Virus record (IMG/VR): IMGVR_UViG_3300037852_000186
Location: 1-64,000 of that record
Strand: one strand, 5' to 3'
DNA from: a virus
DNA: 64,000 nucleotides
Numbering within the stretch: the first letter of the stretch is position 1; every line of letters begins with the position of its first letter. A program made the position numbers and the translations under genes. Shown in pieces: positions 55,596 through 64,000 of the stretch. The notes below the pieces were generated by a model. The model saw only the letters and a list, made by a program, of their open reading frames with translations, did not search any database and had not been told where the DNA came from.

Positions 55596-56183
55596 CTAGA
55601 ATAGAGTGATACGCCTAGAACCTTTCGCGGAATTGCAAGGCCGACAGGCAGCAACCACGTTTTCTTTAACGTGCAAACCACCCTTGCAAAGTGGAATTAC
55701 ATGGTCCATCGTAAGGCGTTTGCATTTTTTCTTGCACCAGTAACAGCGCCCCTTCGCTCGCGATAAAATCGCGCGCCATTCACTCCTAGCTAGAGTGGTT
55801 ACGGGGGTTGCATATTTTCTAGCTCGCCGCCGTTGGTCATCTATTACGCGTTGTTCTTTGTTACGATCCGAACTGCGATAAATCAGAGAGCGTAAGGAAT
55901 GCTTACGCCATGTATTGAAATATAATCGTCGCGGAGCGGTGGCGTTGTAATGTCGACGAGTGGATACGCCTTTTGGTGAAGACCTGTATCGTTTTCTGGT
56001 TAAGACTCCGCGTTGCGATTGACCGTATCGTTGCGCTGCACGAGCCCAGCTTTGCTTAGTCGCGATTATCTTACAGGCTGGACAAAATGCTGGTCTCCTA
56101 AGTCCTTTTGTAATGACGACTGCTGGAGCTTGGCATCGAGGACAATCTCTTAATAGACCTGGAAATATACTTTCACCTGGCAT
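55596..56183 (-). CDS. HNH endonuclease
   Basis: CYWCKKK.KRLT.DHVIPL.KGGLHVKENVV..C..CNS.KG. Confidence 0.88.
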   Translation of the reverse strand: MPGESIFPGLLRDCPRCQAPAVVITKGLRRPAFCPACKIIATKQSWARAAQRYGQSQRGVLTRKRYRSSPKGVSTRRHYNATAPRRLYFNTWRKHSLRSLIYRSSDRNKEQRVIDDQRRRARKYATPVTTLARSEWRAILSRAKGRCYWCKKKCKRLTMDHVIPLCKGGLHVKENVVAACRPCNSAKGSRRITLF

Positions 56184-56189
56184 ATTGTT

Positions 56190-57941
56190 TTATCGAGGCA
56201 AGAACCCCGCGATGTTTTGAATCATATGTGCCTCCTCGATCTTAATTGGCGCGCGGTCACGACCAGCGCAACAGAGATAGCCGTGGAAGCGTTCAAGGAG
56301 AAGCAATTCCGCTGGCGTAACCAAATGACGGCTGAGCCGATGCGGCGCGAGATTCAGCCCTTCCCGATAGTCGCTAACACCCGTGACCATCGTAGTATCG
56401 AAACGATCCGCTTCTTGGCTGTTTAATACTTTGCTCGCCCATTCTGCTGTTTCGGCTCCTCCACATTGCAAGATGACTTTAGTCGCCGCACCGTTGGTGA
56501 GCACGCTTGCTTCATCGCGTCCGTAAATTCGATTAAGCTGGGCGACATCCTGAAAGCCGAGGTATACAGCGATGCCCCTCTTTCGCCCCCGCGCGATAGC
56601 CTTCTCAACATTGCTCTGGTGACCGAGACTCGGAAGTTCGTCGAGCATAACATGAACCCGTTGAGTATAAGTTTCTTGAAACATTAGCCATCTAATCAGT
56701 GTGTCGATCCAAATGGCTTGCAGGGGAAAAAGGGCGTCCTTAGTGTCTTCACTAGAAGTGAGGAAAATCCATCCTTCTGGTTTAGCCGCCCATTCGCGAG
56801 CACTCCACGTGCGCGCGCCTTGTGTCGGTAAATGATAGAACGGTTTGAGTGCGTTCGACGCGGTCGCGACGATTCCAGAACCTTGGTCGTGTGCTTGCGG
56901 ATCGATTAGGTTATACGCAGCATCTGTGAGCACGCCTCGATTGGCTCGAAACTGTTTCTGCATCTCGATACGCGGCATCGCAAGAAATGAGTGCAAGGCT
57001 GGAATGTCCCTCGCTACTGCGAAGATACCTTCAATCAAAGTACGCGCTGATAGACGGAAGAATTCACCTGAGTCGCTAGCAGCTCCTCTCGGATTCGGTC
57101 GAACAAGAGAAGCAGCCATCGCTTGTACATCAACCTCGAACATGGTGGGCCGGAACTCGAACCAAGGCGTCCATCTCAGATCGTAACGCTGGTCGAATGG
57201 ATTGAGAATGATGTCGCTCGGCTTGTAGAACTCTTGAACAAATTCACAATCAGGATCGAAAATAACCGCGATTTCTCCACGCTGCCGAATCTGTCGGAGA
57301 AGATGACGAAGAATAGTAGACTTGCCCATGCCAGATTTGCCAGCGATAAGCATGTGCTCGGTTTCGATGTTAGGTTCTAGGGTGACATCACCGATACGCA
57401 GCCCGGTTGATACGGGCGCCTTGGGTGTGACGTACGGGCGGACTCGCTGCCAGTATGAACGCCATCCGTGTATCCGATAGTTAAGCGCGGACGCTGAAAT
57501 CATTTGAACTCCTCGAATGTGTTGCAGCTCCTTTGCGCTTCGTTGTGCGAAGAGTGCAACTCCAATGATTGCGATTGGCGGTAACAGTGGCCAGCCCCAA
57601 CAAGATTGTACACACCACGCCGGAAAGCTTTGATGATAGCCGGCTGGACCGGATAGCCATGCACTCAACGATCCAAGTTCATACCATTGTCTGTTGAAGG
57701 GGACGGGCGCATTGGTGAGGTATGTACCGACAAATGGAATATTCGCGATCAAGCTGTACGGCGCCCACGACCAGAAATATACATGATGTAACAGTGGATA
57801 AGTTCTTCGCCACACAACGATAAGCGTGCAAACTACCCAAGCCAGCAGCGCACCACGGAAGATTTTGCTCCATATACTGCTGGCCATCCGACCCATAATT
57901 CCGACGGCTTGTAGTCGCGCAATTCCAGCCGAATATGCCAT
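56190..57941 (-). CDS. traD: Type IV coupling protein (TraD/TrwB family)
   Basis: N-terminal TMs, H.RG, Walker A GKSGMGKS, FDP..EF, NPFD.R, Walker B LDELPSL, GRK.G, QL..IYG. Confidence 0.92.
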   Translation of the reverse strand: MAYSAGIARLQAVGIMGRMASSIWSKIFRGALLAWVVCTLIVVWRRTYPLLHHVYFWSWAPYSLIANIPFVGTYLTNAPVPFNRQWYELGSLSAWLSGPAGYHQSFPAWCVQSCWGWPLLPPIAIIGVALFAQRSAKELQHIRGVQMISASALNYRIHGWRSYWQRVRPYVTPKAPVSTGLRIGDVTLEPNIETEHMLIAGKSGMGKSTILRHLLRQIRQRGEIAVIFDPDCEFVQEFYKPSDIILNPFDQRYDLRWTPWFEFRPTMFEVDVQAMAASLVRPNPRGAASDSGEFFRLSARTLIEGIFAVARDIPALHSFLAMPRIEMQKQFRANRGVLTDAAYNLIDPQAHDQGSGIVATASNALKPFYHLPTQGARTWSAREWAAKPEGWIFLTSSEDTKDALFPLQAIWIDTLIRWLMFQETYTQRVHVMLDELPSLGHQSNVEKAIARGRKRGIAVYLGFQDVAQLNRIYGRDEASVLTNGAATKVILQCGGAETAEWASKVLNSQEADRFDTTMVTGVSDYREGLNLAPHRLSRHLVTPAELLLLERFHGYLCCAGRDRAPIKIEEAHMIQNIAGFLPR

Positions 57942-58149
57942 TTATAGTTTCGCCTTTTGTTTGTGAGGGTGGGTTAGACGCGAACGGATTCAGGCATAGT
58001 TCCTTGCCAACATAACGCTCCGTCATTCGCCTAACGAAGAGCTGTTTCGCAAGGACTATGACTGCACATCACCAATACTAATTGCCCCGACGTTAAGGGA
58101 TCTGTAATCGCGCCTTGGGGGAGGGTTTACAAAGTTGGCGCGTACCATT

Positions 58150-58557
58150 TCAGATAACCCCAGCAAAGGCCAAGCACACAATATTGACGAGAAACCAGCC
58201 GACAAAAAAACGAAGCGGCCAGTGTCCCTCGGCTCTGACGACGAGGTCAATTAGCAGTGCGGTAGGAATGATCGCCCAAGGTGGATGAGCCGTGCAAAGC
58301 CAGTACAACCAGACCGCAACCAATAGAATTCTGAGCTTGCCATAGAACGGATTGCCGTAGCGATCTCGGGTTATCCACCATCGTGGGAAGCGGTTTAGGA
58401 AGATGCTTGTCCATGAGTGAGATGCGATTTGGATGGTGGTTTTTCCCCGGTTCGGCAGCTTGTCCTGCTCGTTCCATTCATGGAGGCAGTCAGCCCATCC
58501 CTGCTCGTGACCACGGTAGTAGGATCGTTCGTCGGTATCCGTCCAGCTTGGGTTCAT
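58150..58557 (-). CDS. Hypothetical membrane protein
   Basis: C-terminal TM segments; ATGA overlap. Confidence 0.5.
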   Translation of the reverse strand: MNPSWTDTDERSYYRGHEQGWADCLHEWNEQDKLPNRGKTTIQIASHSWTSIFLNRFPRWWITRDRYGNPFYGKLRILLVAVWLYWLCTAHPPWAIIPTALLIDLVVRAEGHWPLRFFVGWFLVNIVCLAFAGVI

Positions 58558-59102
58558 TCGGGACTCCTAATGTGAGGAATTCGCAGCGCTTCCAAGTAAG
58601 TTTTCATGTAATCGGCGTCACGTTCGCTGAGGATTCGGATAGCTGCTTGAACGGGGCCGCCAAACAAAACAGCGACAACCGCGAGATGCCAGTTCAGGTT
58701 CATCAGGGCCCACAATCCTAAGAGCATGGTGATGCTGATATTGATCTGGGAGAGTTCCCGTTCGCCGCCCATGAGGAGCTTGTCTTTTTGCAGACAGGTA
58801 AAAACCCTATGTCCAGAGCCGCTGTGCCCACTGGTGGAAGGTGATGGCGTGCTGCCGATGGATGTTGCGAGCTTGCCCTTTGGGCGTTGGACGGGTGGTC
58901 CATACTGGCGTTTTTGAACTTGGGACTTTGTAGGTTCTGGAATCAATGCGCCAGTTGGAATGGCTGGTGGAGGACTAACCGCTGGTGCCGGCGCGAGTGG
59001 TCGCGGTCTCCCACCGGAGAGTTCCCAGTTGTCCGCTGGAATGCCATCCCCGCTGCTAGCCCATGCCTGATTTCCTAAGTAATGATCGCCTCTGTCGTAC
59101 AA
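58554..59102 (-). CDS. virB3: VirB3/TrbD-like protein with a Pro-rich N-terminal extension
   Basis: L....LLMGGEREL + two TMs + D..Y...Y; start uncertain. Confidence 0.72.
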   Translation of the reverse strand: MYDRGDHYLGNQAWASSGDGIPADNWELSGGRPRPLAPAPAVSPPPAIPTGALIPEPTKSQVQKRQYGPPVQRPKGKLATSIGSTPSPSTSGHSGSGHRVFTCLQKDKLLMGGERELSQINISITMLLGLWALMNLNWHLAVVAVLFGGPVQAAIRILSERDADYMKTYLEALRIPHIRSPE

Positions 59103-59122
59103 TGAGCGAGTCCCCCTATTTA

Positions 59123-59596
59123 TTAGCTGGCATTACCGATGTTGGCCTTGAGGCGATGATACCGTCGGTTCGCAGCAGCTCTGTGGCAAACGCTGCATCT
59201 TCGGTGTCCCGTTTTTTTGTTGACTATATCGAGCGGATGGCCATGTATGCAGAGGCCATTGCGTATAGGTCTTCGGCCAGCAATTTGTTCTTTCGGTGTT
59301 GCCCACCTACAATTTGACGGTTCATAGTTACCGTTCGGATCTGGATACCGGTCTAACGTCTTGCCTACTGGCCGTTCATTCATATCAGCTAGAAAGTTGG
59401 CAAAGTCGCTCCATCGTTCGCAGATAGTTATGCCCCTCCCTCCATAAAGATCGTAATGGACATGTTTAGGATTGAGACAACGTTCCCGCATGTGAACCCA
59501 GCTTCGATAAGTGGGTGTGTCTGTATGTCGATGTGTGCTACGGCCCATTATTACCCCTATCATGCGGCTTGTGGTTGCCCCCTGCCCGTAAGCCAC
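59123..59596 (-). CDS. HNH-type endonuclease (YGGRGI family)
   Basis: Y.SW..M..RC, YGGRGI.ICERW..F.NFLADM, TLDR...NGNYEP.NCRWAT. Confidence 0.9.
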   Translation of the reverse strand: MAYGQGATTSRMIGVIMGRSTHRHTDTPTYRSWVHMRERCLNPKHVHYDLYGGRGITICERWSDFANFLADMNERPVGKTLDRYPDPNGNYEPSNCRWATPKEQIAGRRPIRNGLCIHGHPLDIVNKKTGHRRCSVCHRAAANRRYHRLKANIGNAS

Positions 59597-61962
59597 ATCT
59601 CAAGAAAATCTCCGCCTTGCTCCAGCAGTTGCCGCGCCGCCTGTACGTCCTGATACCCCGTAGAAGCACAGATTTTCTGCCCAGTCGGCCCTAATGCTAA
59701 GGTGAACATTCGAGACCCGATAGACGACTTAAAGTAGTAATCCTGTCGCGCTACAGCGTTCCCTATACGATTAAGCTCATGATCGTTGAGACCTATCTGG
59801 GTGTAGGCTTCGCGCACATAGGTGCTACTACGCAGGGCCGAATTCGGCAGGAAAATTTGCGCTGGCGCACTCTCCAATAGCAACGGCCCAAAGGGGCTGT
59901 TCACTATTTCCCCGGCCGATTGGGTAGCGCCAACGAAGCCACAATTGCGCTTGCGCATGGTCCGTATGGAGTCGAAGAGCCATTCCGCTGAGACTTCATC
60001 TCCGAGCATGTTCCAGAATTCGTCAGCAAATATCCAAGCAGGGGACACGCCGTCTAATGATGAAACGATCGAGTGCAGGATGAGTTCGGTTGCGGGCGCC
60101 GAAGCCCGCTTACCGAGACCTTGAAGTCCGCGCATCTCGAATACACGGAGTTGAATGTCGGCGTCAGTTTGGGGCTCGCCGTTAAAAATGTGCTTCCAGT
60201 AAGTGGTGTAGTGTCGAAGGATTCGACGGATGCGTTGTTGTTCGCCAGGGATAATCGCGAACAGTCCGCTCATGGTCCGAATGCCTTGACGTTGTGCTTG
60301 GCGAAGTCGAGAGGCGAACTCTTCGGATTGGTATTCGTCGAGTTCAAATTTACCGACACCATAATCTCCCGGCCATCGAGCAAAAAGTCGTTCAAACCAA
60401 CCAAAGAGCCATTCGACGCCGTCTTCCTTGTCGAGCATGGCCAGTGGGCAGAGGGCTGGAGTATTCTGAGCGCCCATATCCCGGTAGTCTATCCCGAGTA
60501 GATGGGATAGCACGAAGGACGAGTAATCGAGGTCGAGCCATGCGATCCTGACTTTGGGTATTCCGAGGTAGGCGCAGACCATAGCGGCGATAAGTGAGCT
60601 TTTGCCACTACCCACGGGGCCCAGGATAAGCTGATTGGCGACTCCACCGATATGAGTTGGGAAATAAAAAGGTTCCGAGCCTGTGCCACCACAAACCAAT
60701 GGCGCTGGCGTTTGTGCAGGCAGCATAGGGCTGTGAATATAGGGAGTTCCTTCCCAATATTTTGCGGGTATCGCCAGGTCTGCGAAGTTCTCACCAGTGA
60801 GCGGAATCTTGTGGCGGTTGGCCTCGTGCTCGTCCGACCTCATCGTCAAATAACCTGGCAAAGTGGTCCTAATTGCTTTGGCCGCGCCGATGGTTTCTGG
60901 GCGACACATGACGCCCTTTCCTTGCAGGAGACCTATGAGGGTGTGCATGCGGTAGTCGGCCTCTGCGGGGTCGCGGTCGCGAACGATAGCAACACATCCT
61001 ACGGTGCCAAAGCTGGTGCCGTCCTTAGAAGCGTTGATAGCTTCTTGGATTTCCGCGATCTGCTCGTAGGCATGCTGAGTGTTTTCTTTCTTGGCGCCAA
61101 AGAAGGACTTGATGATTTCGATGAAGTCGCCGATGGCCGTTTGATTCCAAAACGGTTTTTCTTTTTCAAGCTTCTTTTGGGCATCGTAGGGGCTGAGGCA
61201 GCGGTAACGAATGCTGAGGGTGAGATAACCGGGATGCTGCAAGAGGATAGAGAGCATCTGGGGTAGGGTCTCGCTCGGGTATGCGGTAATGACGATGGGT
61301 CGAAGGTGCCAGCCGTTTATCACGGGATAGAGGCCGTTTACTTGCCATTCGCAGGCGATGGCCTGGTTGAGTCGGACGTGAGGCTCGGGAAGCACAGCGG
61401 GGTAATCGTGGTAGGTGACGAGATGGAGGAGATCGCGGAACATCTCAAGGTTCGACATGGGTTCGAGTCCGACAGCGCCCTTGACTGCGTCCTCGATAGC
61501 CTGAAAGCGGCCGAGCGCGTGCGCGCGAAGCAAGTCGTGGTTGCTCAAGTGCTGCGGCTCGTTTCCCCCGAGGAGGATAGCTCGAACCGTATTCTTGATG
61601 GGCGGCCCGAACTGATGGGAAAGATAGAGACGGGTCGGGGTAATCCAGTGTTCTTCGGCCGCGAACCGCTCGCGGATCTCGGCCATGACAAGCGCGGCGG
61701 CAGGACGCGCGTAGTGTAGGTCGGGCGGCAAGGGTGCTGGCTGACGGTCGAAGACGACTTGAATGGCGTCGCCGGTACGCAAGTGGACTGGTGACCTTCC
61801 GAATTGTTCGGCGCGAGCCAGAAGCTTGGCCGCGTCGTCCGAATCGGGCGATGGGCCGATGAGCCGATAGCCTTTGACGATGCCGTTATCGCGCTCGTCT
61901 ATCACGCCTTCGTGGCCTTTGAGGAATTGACGGTATGGAAGTGAGTCGGCTAGTGTGGCCAT
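59560..61962 (-). CDS. virB4: VirB4/TrbE ATPase
   Basis: L.D.LPY, GP..DS, Walker A GPVGSGKS, ADEFW, T.RK.N....ATQS, IFLPN; GAAGGTGA RBS. Confidence 0.93.
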   Translation of the reverse strand: MATLADSLPYRQFLKGHEGVIDERDNGIVKGYRLIGPSPDSDDAAKLLARAEQFGRSPVHLRTGDAIQVVFDRQPAPLPPDLHYARPAAALVMAEIRERFAAEEHWITPTRLYLSHQFGPPIKNTVRAILLGGNEPQHLSNHDLLRAHALGRFQAIEDAVKGAVGLEPMSNLEMFRDLLHLVTYHDYPAVLPEPHVRLNQAIACEWQVNGLYPVINGWHLRPIVITAYPSETLPQMLSILLQHPGYLTLSIRYRCLSPYDAQKKLEKEKPFWNQTAIGDFIEIIKSFFGAKKENTQHAYEQIAEIQEAINASKDGTSFGTVGCVAIVRDRDPAEADYRMHTLIGLLQGKGVMCRPETIGAAKAIRTTLPGYLTMRSDEHEANRHKIPLTGENFADLAIPAKYWEGTPYIHSPMLPAQTPAPLVCGGTGSEPFYFPTHIGGVANQLILGPVGSGKSSLIAAMVCAYLGIPKVRIAWLDLDYSSFVLSHLLGIDYRDMGAQNTPALCPLAMLDKEDGVEWLFGWFERLFARWPGDYGVGKFELDEYQSEEFASRLRQAQRQGIRTMSGLFAIIPGEQQRIRRILRHYTTYWKHIFNGEPQTDADIQLRVFEMRGLQGLGKRASAPATELILHSIVSSLDGVSPAWIFADEFWNMLGDEVSAEWLFDSIRTMRKRNCGFVGATQSAGEIVNSPFGPLLLESAPAQIFLPNSALRSSTYVREAYTQIGLNDHELNRIGNAVARQDYYFKSSIGSRMFTLALGPTGQKICASTGYQDVQAARQLLEQGGDFLEMWLTGRGQPQAA

Positions 61963-62387
61963 ATTTGAGTCACCTTCCCTGCTACAAGACTGAGCGGTAA
62001 CCAACATAAATACCGACTGTCCCAACTGTCTGGGTCGTTCGTACCCATACCGAGAAACATCTCAGGCGGTACGGTGTAGCTGCCGAATGGGCAGACCCGC
62101 GCGAGTCTGGGCTCCGGGGCGCTATTCGGTATCAGTTTGCCCTCGCGGTACACGCCTTCGGGCGCGAACCGCACGTGATCGCCCGGTAGGGCGAGCGCTC
62201 TTTTAATTGGCATCCGCAGCAGCACGAGGTCGCCATAGCGCACCTTGGCGATTGGCTTGATTCGATAGACGCCGACTGGGGTCGCGCTATCGGAGACGTT
62301 GAACGTAAGGTTCCCCATCAACAGAAGGACTAGGCCGCCAAACAGGACCAGGCGAGTTGGGAACCACTTGAGGAGCGTTGTAAACAT
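61950..62387 (-). CDS. traF: TraF-type S26 conjugative signal peptidase
   Basis: N.S.S.TP.G.Y (Ser), IKR..ALPGD (Lys), SWDSRY. Confidence 0.85.
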   Translation of the reverse strand: MFTTLLKWFPTRLVLFGGLVLLLMGNLTFNVSDSATPVGVYRIKPIAKVRYGDLVLLRMPIKRALALPGDHVRFAPEGVYREGKLIPNSAPEPRLARVCPFGSYTVPPEMFLGMGTNDPDSWDSRYLCWLPLSLVAGKVTQIWPH

Positions 62388-62739
62388 TTGGTTTCTCTTC
62401 CCGGTTGTCAGCGCCGGCCCCGGTACGAATAGCCGTTAGGTAGCGCTGTAGAACCTCATTTGCTGCCTCGATACAGGGCTGGCAGGGGGTTGGCTTCGCC
62501 TTGGGGGTTGGCGTGGCTTGTAGGGGCGTTATCGGCAGTATTTTGGTTAGCGAAGGCGTGGGGATAGGGCTTGGCGCCGCTTGGAAGTGCGTGACTGGCA
62601 CCTCGGGGATCGAGGCGTTGGCGTGCCAGAGATGCGGCCAAATGATGATGCCAAGGAATACGCTAATGATGAAGCCAATCCCGATTTTCGCAAGTCGCCG
62701 ACTAACTTTAGTGCCCGGTGCGTTAGTATTGGTGTTCAT
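62287..62739 (-). CDS. VirB10/TrbI-like N-terminal fragment (TM + Pro-rich linker + helix); no TrbI beta-barrel domain
   Basis: Position after VirB9 and architecture only; 3' end overlaps traF by about 100 nt. Confidence 0.45.
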   Translation of the reverse strand: MNTNTNAPGTKVSRRLAKIGIGFIISVFLGIIIWPHLWHANASIPEVPVTHFQAAPSPIPTPSLTKILPITPLQATPTPKAKPTPCQPCIEAANEVLQRYLTAIRTGAGADNREEKPNVYNAPQVVPNSPGPVWRPSPSVDGEPYVQRLR

Positions 62740-62948
62740 TGCGGCGCCACCGTTGCTAAACACTGAATGTAATAGTTGCCATTCGGCTCCTGCCGAAGTG
62801 TGCCGTAGCCGGATGGGCATTGCGGATAGGTTTGCACTTGTGCCTGCGGGTTGGCTTGGTTGTGGAAAGTCTGGACTTGGGAATATGTTGAGGTCCCTAA
62901 ACCAACCGCGCTAAGCAGCATGCCAAAAATGCTTATGATTGCACTCAC
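62736..62948 (-). CDS. Small exported Gln-rich protein
   Basis: Hydrophobic N-terminus, one Cys pair; GGAGGTGA RBS. Confidence 0.55.
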   Translation of the reverse strand: MSAIISIFGMLLSAVGLGTSTYSQVQTFHNQANPQAQVQTYPQCPSGYGTLRQEPNGNYYIQCLATVAPQ

Positions 62949-62959
62949 CGAATCACCTC

Positions 62960-63652
62960 CTACGGAGCTTGCTGTCCTGCTTTGATAGCCGCATCGCGCG
63001 CCGCCGCCTGCGCCTTAACCAAACCTGGGTAGTAGAATTCGATTGCTTGCGTGAAATTTTTCGTGCCTTTTATTTCCTTCACGGGATTAAATACGTAGTT
63101 ATTGCCAGCAGATGTCTGAATGGCCAAATTTGTAACCATGTCAGGCTCTGCCGGAATTCTGACTGGCGCACCGGGGACCGTGATAGCTGTAGTTGAGGCC
63201 AACGGAAAGACCAGTACGCTATGCTCCCCGACGATAGTGCCCCATCGTTCACGGTCACCGATTTTTACATTGTCCTTCGATGTAGTTTCATCGTCGCGCA
63301 GGCGGATTTGCGTTACGTGTAGCTTTTGGCAATTGAGCGGATATGCAACGTCGGGACTGTAGGGATAGATCACGGTTATCCCGTGCTGTAAAGTTGGGGT
63401 CTGATTGTGCTTGATTGCCTCCGCCACGTCCGACGATAGGGAAGCATACGGATCTGGGATCGGAACCGGCGTAGGCGCCGGCGTCGGGACTATGACTGGT
63501 GCTGGCGGTGGAGTAGCAGCGCACCCGGTAAACAGACCGACTCCTATAACCAACGCAGTAATTCCGAAAAGAAAAACAAGCGCAGCGCAAGCACGTTTGT
63601 TGATCACCGTTGAACCTCCCAAGCGTTCTGCTGTAGGAATTCTTGTTCTCAT
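62960..63652 (-). CDS. virB9: VirB9/TrbG family protein, N-terminal domain only
   Basis: YPY...Y..C....VT.I.L, IGD..RW, TNL.I.T, F.YP; lipobox-like FTGC; ends about 20 aa after FYYP. Confidence 0.78.
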   Translation of the reverse strand: MRTRIPTAERLGGSTVINKRACAALVFLFGITALVIGVGLFTGCAATPPPAPVIVPTPAPTPVPIPDPYASLSSDVAEAIKHNQTPTLQHGITVIYPYSPDVAYPLNCQKLHVTQIRLRDDETTSKDNVKIGDRERWGTIVGEHSVLVFPLASTTAITVPGAPVRIPAEPDMVTNLAIQTSAGNNYVFNPVKEIKGTKNFTQAIEFYYPGLVKAQAAARDAAIKAGQQAP

Positions 63653-64000
63653 TGGTGGACTTCGGCTAAGTCGATTTCGTCGACGAAAAGTCCTAAACTC
63701 TCCGGGTCCTTAGAGCGCGCCACTATCACATGTAAAACCGCGCGCCACTTTTGGGTGGTACGTGCTTGGTCGTTGCGATCGTGCGTGACAGTGTTCCAAT
63801 CGGCCTGGTAGGTGTCTTTTTCTGCTAGTTTGAGGGTGTCAGTGACCGATGTTTCTATCCAACTATAAGGCCCGATAGACTTCGGGTGGTGCTTGCCGCC
63901 ATCGCGGTTGTACCAGCCGTCGAGCTTTTGCGCGGCCTGCCCGGTGACCATCGCTTGGGTTTTGTTGTAGAGGTAGTCTTCCTCGTCGGAGTCGCGGTCA
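63649..64000 (-). CDS. virB8: VirB8/TrbF family protein (5' part outside the window)
   Basis: Frame open to the window edge; TYQ.DW, W.A, terminal LGLFVDEI (NPLG-like). Confidence 0.75.
   Translation of the reverse strand, partial: DRDSDEEDYLYNKTQAMVTGQAAQKLDGWYNRDGGKHHPKSIGPYSWIETSVTDTLKLAEKDTYQADWNTVTHDRNDQARTTQKWRAVLHVIVARSKDPESLGLFVDEIDLAEVHQ

Larger units (their letters stand above)
54627..64000 (-). mobile_element. Conjugative transfer module (MOB_F relaxase, coupling protein, VirB/Trb-type T4SS genes); continues beyond the right edge
   Basis: TrwC-type HUH relaxase, TrwB/TraD ATPase, VirB4 ATPase, VirB3, TraF, VirB9 and VirB8 motifs. Confidence 0.92.

Noticed and set aside
57679-58026. 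ORF listed as + strand (MTERYVGK...)
   Set aside because: The translation actually reads from the minus strand (ATG at 58026) and overlaps the coupling protein out of frame; treated as spurious.
1-64000. CRISPR array, tRNA/rRNA, diversity-generating retroelement, integrase/transposase, alternative genetic code
   Set aside because: No regularly spaced repeats, RNA gene signatures, reverse transcriptase or recombinase ORF noticed by eye; core genes are full length in the standard code.

Overview
The window is almost entirely a tailed-phage late region on the minus strand, joined without an obvious boundary to a conjugation module. In transcription order (64 kb to 1): a type IV secretion/transfer block (partial VirB8/TrbF, a C-terminally short VirB9/TrbG, a VirB10-like N-terminal fragment, TraF-type S26 peptidase, VirB4, VirB3, TraD/TrwB coupling protein, and a helicase-less MOB_F relaxase); small and large terminase; Mu-type head genes (gpG-like, protease I, decoration protein, major capsid gpT, gp36, gp37); and a P2-type contractile tail (sheath, tube, frameshifting chaperone E/E', tape measure with transglycosylase domain, U, X, D, V, W, J). 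No portal or gpF gene is present; an opposite-strand excisionase-like HTH + HNH pair sits where Mu has them. About 22 kb of fibre/adhesin-like genes split the baseplate cluster. At least 11 genes in the virion operon encode Sec-type signal peptides, many on Cys-rich proteins. Other notable contents are two paralogous glycosyltransferases, six HNH endonucleases and several hints of beta-strand complementation between separate polypeptides. No integrase, replication, tRNA, rRNA or CRISPR features were seen. All calls come from motif recognition by eye, not database searches.
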